Part shown: in pieces, positions 8,753 through 11,333 of the stretch
Position numbering within the stretch: the first letter of the stretch is position 1
How the letters are laid out: the number at the start of each line of letters is the position of its first letter
Assembly (NCBI GenBank): GCA_964607485.1
Contig: CAZSKP010000006.1
Span: 1-11,333, forward strand
Length of the DNA: 11,333 nucleotides
Direction of reading: 5' to 3'
Origin: an uncultured bacterium
GTDB lineage: Bacteria > Abyssobacteria > SURF-5
Made by a program: the position numbers and the translations under genes
The notes under the pieces: model-generated
Databases searched by the model: none
What the model saw: only the letters and a program-made list of their open reading frames with translations
What the model was told of the DNA's origin: nothing

Positions 8753-8782
8753 TATGCGGCTCTCCTTCCTTTCGCGAGACAG

Positions 8783-10531
8783 CTATCCGCTCACATACAC
8801 AATCTTTCCGTTGAACAGCTCGAGCGTCTTCTTCACAACCGGGTCGTTCAACGCCTTTTCGATGCGCCGCTTCTTGTCTTCTTCGGCCCGGTTCGGTATG
8901 CCCTCCGGCCGGACGGCCTCCTTCGGCGGGGGAGAGGGCTTGCGTGCGGCCTCGCGTTCGAGTATCAGGTTTACCTTCAGCGGCGCGCCGGCTATCGCCT
9001 TGAGCGTCTCCTCGATGAGCATCTTGATTTCTTTTTTCTCCAGATGAGCTTTGTTGTAACTGTTCTTCGCGTCGAAGCAGATTATCGCCTGCCCGTTCTC
9101 CACGCCGCAGAAGCGGCCGCGGCTGAGGAACGAATAGGTTGACATGCTGTGTTCGCGAATCTCATCGAGCAGTTGACGCCACAGGCTGAGCTGCGACTTG
9201 TCCTCTTCCTCTTCTTCCTCCTCCATCGGAGGTTCGGGCGGCTCGGGTTCCTCTCCTGTTTCGTCGGACGGCTCGTCGCGAGCAGGGCCGTAATCGTGCG
9301 AAGCCGTCTCCGCGACGCCGGAGCCCTGCGAGTTGAGGAGCATCTGCCCGCCGGCGTCCATGTCGGGCGGCGCGCTTGAGCCAGGGCCCTTCAGTTGCTT
9401 TTCCAGCGCAGTCAGCTTGGAAAGCACGCTGTCGATTGAAATCTCCGCCCCGACCCGCGCGATTCTCATCAGAAGCATTTCGAGGGCCACACGGGCGGAG
9501 GGCAGTTGTCGGAACCGGCTCTCGATGTCGGAGAAGTCCTGCACTATCTTGATGAGGTCGGACTGCTTGAAACGGGCGGCGACCTCTTTGAGAGCCGACA
9601 GGTCGTCTTCGGGAAGGTCCACGAGCCTCTCCGCGCCTCCGAACGTGGCCAGGAGAAGGTTTCTGAAATAGAGAGTGAGCTCCTTGAGGAACTGCGCCAG
9701 GTCTTTCCCTCGCTCCACGACTTCGTCGATGGTCTTGAGTATGACGAACGAATCGCTCTCGCAAATGGCGACGGCTATCTGGCGATACACGTCGAGCCCG
9801 ACGGTGCCGAGCATCGCATGCACGTCGGAAAGGGATATCTCCGCCTCGCTGAAGGAAACCAACTGGTCGAGGATGCTCTGTGCGTCGCGCATGCTGCCGT
9901 CGGTCGCGCGGGCGATTGCGAAGAGCGCGCGGTCGTCAACCTGTATCCCTTCCGCGTCCACGATCTCTTTCAGCCGCTTGAAAATCTGGCGCGAGGTGAG
10001 CCGGCGGAAGTCGAAGCGTTGGCACCGGGAGAGCACCGTTGCGGGAATCTTCTGCGCCTCAGTCGTGGCGAGGATGAACTTCACGTGTCCGGGCGGCTCT
10101 TCGAGGGTCTTGAGGAACGCGTTGAACGCCGCGTTGGAAAGCATGTGGACTTCGTCGATAATATAAATCTTATATTTGAGGCTGGCCGGCGCGATCTTCA
10201 CATTTTCCCGGAGCATGCGGATGTCTTCGACGCTGTTGTTCGACGCGCCGTCTATTTCGATCACGTCGAGCGAGCGGCCGTCGGCTATCTCGCGGCAGGC
10301 GTCGCATTCGCCGCAGGGTTCGCCGGCGCTCGCCTCGGGACAGTTCAGCGCCTTGGAAAAAATGCGGGCGGTGCTGGTCTTGCCGATGCCGCGGGGCCCG
10401 ACGAACAGGTATGCGTGCGCCGTGCGGCCCGCGCGTATCGAGTTGAGCAGGGTGGTGGTTATGTGTTCCTGCCCGACGACGTCCTCGAAGCGCTTCGGTC
10501 GCCACTTTCTGGCCAGCACGATGTAGGACAC
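8783..10531 (-). CDS. dnaX: DNA polymerase III subunit gamma/tau, 582 aa
   Basis: The likely start is GTG at 10531 (MSYIVLARKWRPKRFEDVVGQ) with GGAGG upstream. Motifs include Walker A GPRGIGKT, the Zn module CPEASAGEPCGECDAC, EIDGASNN, IIDEVH, SRC and GSMRDAQS, plus a C-terminal DPVVKKTLELFNG. Confidence 0.97.
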   Translation of the reverse strand: MSYIVLARKWRPKRFEDVVGQEHITTTLLNSIRAGRTAHAYLFVGPRGIGKTSTARIFSKALNCPEASAGEPCGECDACREIADGRSLDVIEIDGASNNSVEDIRMLRENVKIAPASLKYKIYIIDEVHMLSNAAFNAFLKTLEEPPGHVKFILATTEAQKIPATVLSRCQRFDFRRLTSRQIFKRLKEIVDAEGIQVDDRALFAIARATDGSMRDAQSILDQLVSFSEAEISLSDVHAMLGTVGLDVYRQIAVAICESDSFVILKTIDEVVERGKDLAQFLKELTLYFRNLLLATFGGAERLVDLPEDDLSALKEVAARFKQSDLIKIVQDFSDIESRFRQLPSARVALEMLLMRIARVGAEISIDSVLSKLTALEKQLKGPGSSAPPDMDAGGQMLLNSQGSGVAETASHDYGPARDEPSDETGEEPEPPEPPMEEEEEEEDKSQLSLWRQLLDEIREHSMSTYSFLSRGRFCGVENGQAIICFDAKNSYNKAHLEKKEIKMLIEETLKAIAGAPLKVNLILEREAARKPSPPPKEAVRPEGIPNRAEEDKKRRIEKALNDPVVKKTLELFNGKIVYVSG

Positions 10532-10578
10532 GTCGCTATGCTTCCTCCGCGTAAGGTTGTGAGAGGGGACGCGCTCTG

Positions 10579-10606
10579 GTAAGGGCGCGGCATGCTGCGC
10601 CCCTAC
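10579..10606. repeat. GTAG-family REP-like palindrome (28 bp)
   Basis: The minus strand reads GTAGGGGCGCAGCATGCCGCGCCCTTAC. Twelve of 14 symmetric positions are complementary, and it resembles GTAG-headed REPs associated with RAYT/TnpA-REP. It is a single intergenic copy in this window. Confidence 0.7.
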
Positions 10607-10633
10607 ATCCTCGTCCCCATCCGAATCATCAAA

Positions 10634-10905
10634 GGCTCGTGCACCCGCCCTCGATTTACGTCGCAGGCCGCTTGCCGGACCGCCGGCTCGGGCCAGGTGT
10701 CTCTCCGGCACACCGGATGGTTGCTTACCGCTGCTCCCTTCCGGGCCTGACGGGGTTGGGCAATATCCGGTTGCGAAGGACCCAACCGTCAGCACCGACT
10801 AATCCGGGGCTGACACCTGTTCAGTGAAACCTCAAGCGGGAATTCGACCTCGCTAAAGCGGGTTGCGAGTACAGGGCACCGCTAACTCCCCGTCTAGCAC
10901 GAGCC
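10634..10905 (-). ncRNA. ffs: Signal recognition particle RNA, large (Alu-domain-containing, Bacillus scRNA-type), about 272 nt
   Basis: The helix 8 consensus GTCAGGCCCGGAAGGGAGCAGC lies at 10751-10730. The 5' Alu region GGCTCGTGCTAGACGGGGAGTTAGCGGTGCCCTGTACTCGCAACCCGC closely resembles the Bacillus scRNA 5' end. The 5' GGCTCGTGC pairs with the 3' GCACGAGCC, and the gene sits upstream of dnaX as is typical. Confidence 0.95.
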
Positions 10906-10938
10906 AAAAGAATCATTGCTCGATTAGGATCGAATCTT

Positions 10939-11017
10939 GAGCAATGGAAAATCTAAAATGGACTCCAATCGAGAACCGCGTCTCCATCTATTTTCGATTG
11001 TCGATTCTCGATTGCTC
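10939..11017. repeat. Imperfect inverted repeat built from degenerate 7-bp units
   Basis: The right arm is ATTTTCG ATTGTCG ATTCTCG ATTGCTC (10990-11017) and the left arm is GAGCAAT GGAAAAT CTAAAAT (10939-10959). The outer heptamers pair perfectly and the next two pair at 5 of 7 positions. Confidence 0.55.
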
Positions 11018-11063
11018 TGCAATTTTTGTGAAGCAAAAATGCTACGGTTTCGGGTCGCAAAAG

Positions 11064-11315
11064 TCACTCAAAAAGCATTTTTTTCAATCTTCGACGCCCT
11101 GTTGTGGACTTGTAGAATTTCTCCTTTTGTCGGGCCTCGCTCAACGTTGCGAATGACTCTGTATGAACTACCCTATAAGGACGGTGCGGTCGTGAAGATT
11201 TAACTCGTCCGGCATTATGTTTTTCCAATCGTTTTTCAACATCAACCGCGACCCCGGTGTAAGTTCTTGTTTTGGCTTCATTCAGCAGTATATAAACGTG
11301 ATACAAATTAATCAT
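11064..11315 (-). CDS. Small stand-alone GIY-YIG nuclease (UPF0213/YhbQ-like), about 83 aa
   Basis: YHVYIL...RTYTG...KRLEKHNAG...EARQKEKFYKS retains the Tyr, Arg, His and Glu residues typical of the family. An alternative start is TTG at 11306. The gene is visibly AT-richer than the rest of the window. Confidence 0.88.
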   Translation of the reverse strand: MINLYHVYILLNEAKTRTYTGVAVDVEKRLEKHNAGRVKSSRPHRPYRVVHTESFATLSEARQKEKFYKSTTGRRRLKKMLFE

Positions 11316-11333
11316 GTATGGCGGATACGCCTC

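Noticed and set aside
9031..9037. AAAAAAG in dnaX resembling the E. coli -1 frameshift site
   Set aside because: It is phased AAA AAA G rather than A AAA AAG and lies in the C-terminal domain, so it is not a canonical slippery site.
10532..10795. 88-codon in-frame N-terminal extension of dnaX in the ORF track
   Set aside because: It runs through the SRP RNA and the REP palindrome. The conserved DnaX N-terminus begins at GTG 10531 with a GGAGG RBS.
10906..10950. Sigma70-type promoter for ffs (TTGCTC...AATGAT on the minus strand)
   Set aside because: The spacing is 21 nt and the -10 match is poor.
10937..11203. Plus-strand ORFs of 88 and 70 aa
   Set aside because: They are translations of the heptamer repeats and of the strand opposite the GIY-YIG gene, with no coding evidence.
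11319..11333. tRNA gene at the window edge
   Set aside because: Only TCCGCCA matches a tRNA end and no T-arm is visible. It is kept as a hypothesis in the findings, not called as a feature.
1..11333. CRISPR array, cas genes, transposase, integrase or defence operon
   Set aside because: I saw no regularly spaced direct repeats or such protein motifs. Nearly all of the sequence is explained by the called genes.

Overview
GC-rich bacterial chromosomal window, mostly housekeeping genes, probably from a diderm organism (it has an Mce/Mla transporter with a lipoprotein). One long minus-strand gene run reads: small GIY-YIG nuclease, large Alu-containing SRP RNA (ffs), REP-like palindrome, dnaX, ybaB/ebfC, fmt, rsmB, a kinase-less 3xPASTA membrane protein, rpe, an RsbW-like Ser kinase, an RsbV-like STAS protein, mlaE, mlaF, mlaD and a PqiC-like lipoprotein. 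It converges on the 3' end of a plus-strand Amidase_3 gene. The best candidate for an undescribed system is a sigma-less kinase/STAS partner-switching pair tightly coupled to the Mce/Mla lipid transporter, with the STAS protein possibly serving as a phosphorylatable MlaB. Other points of interest are the Bacillus-type large SRP RNA, the absence of recR and def at the ybaB-fmt junction, and an AT-richer GIY-YIG insert with nearby repeats. All calls rest on motif recognition by eye; no database searches were run.
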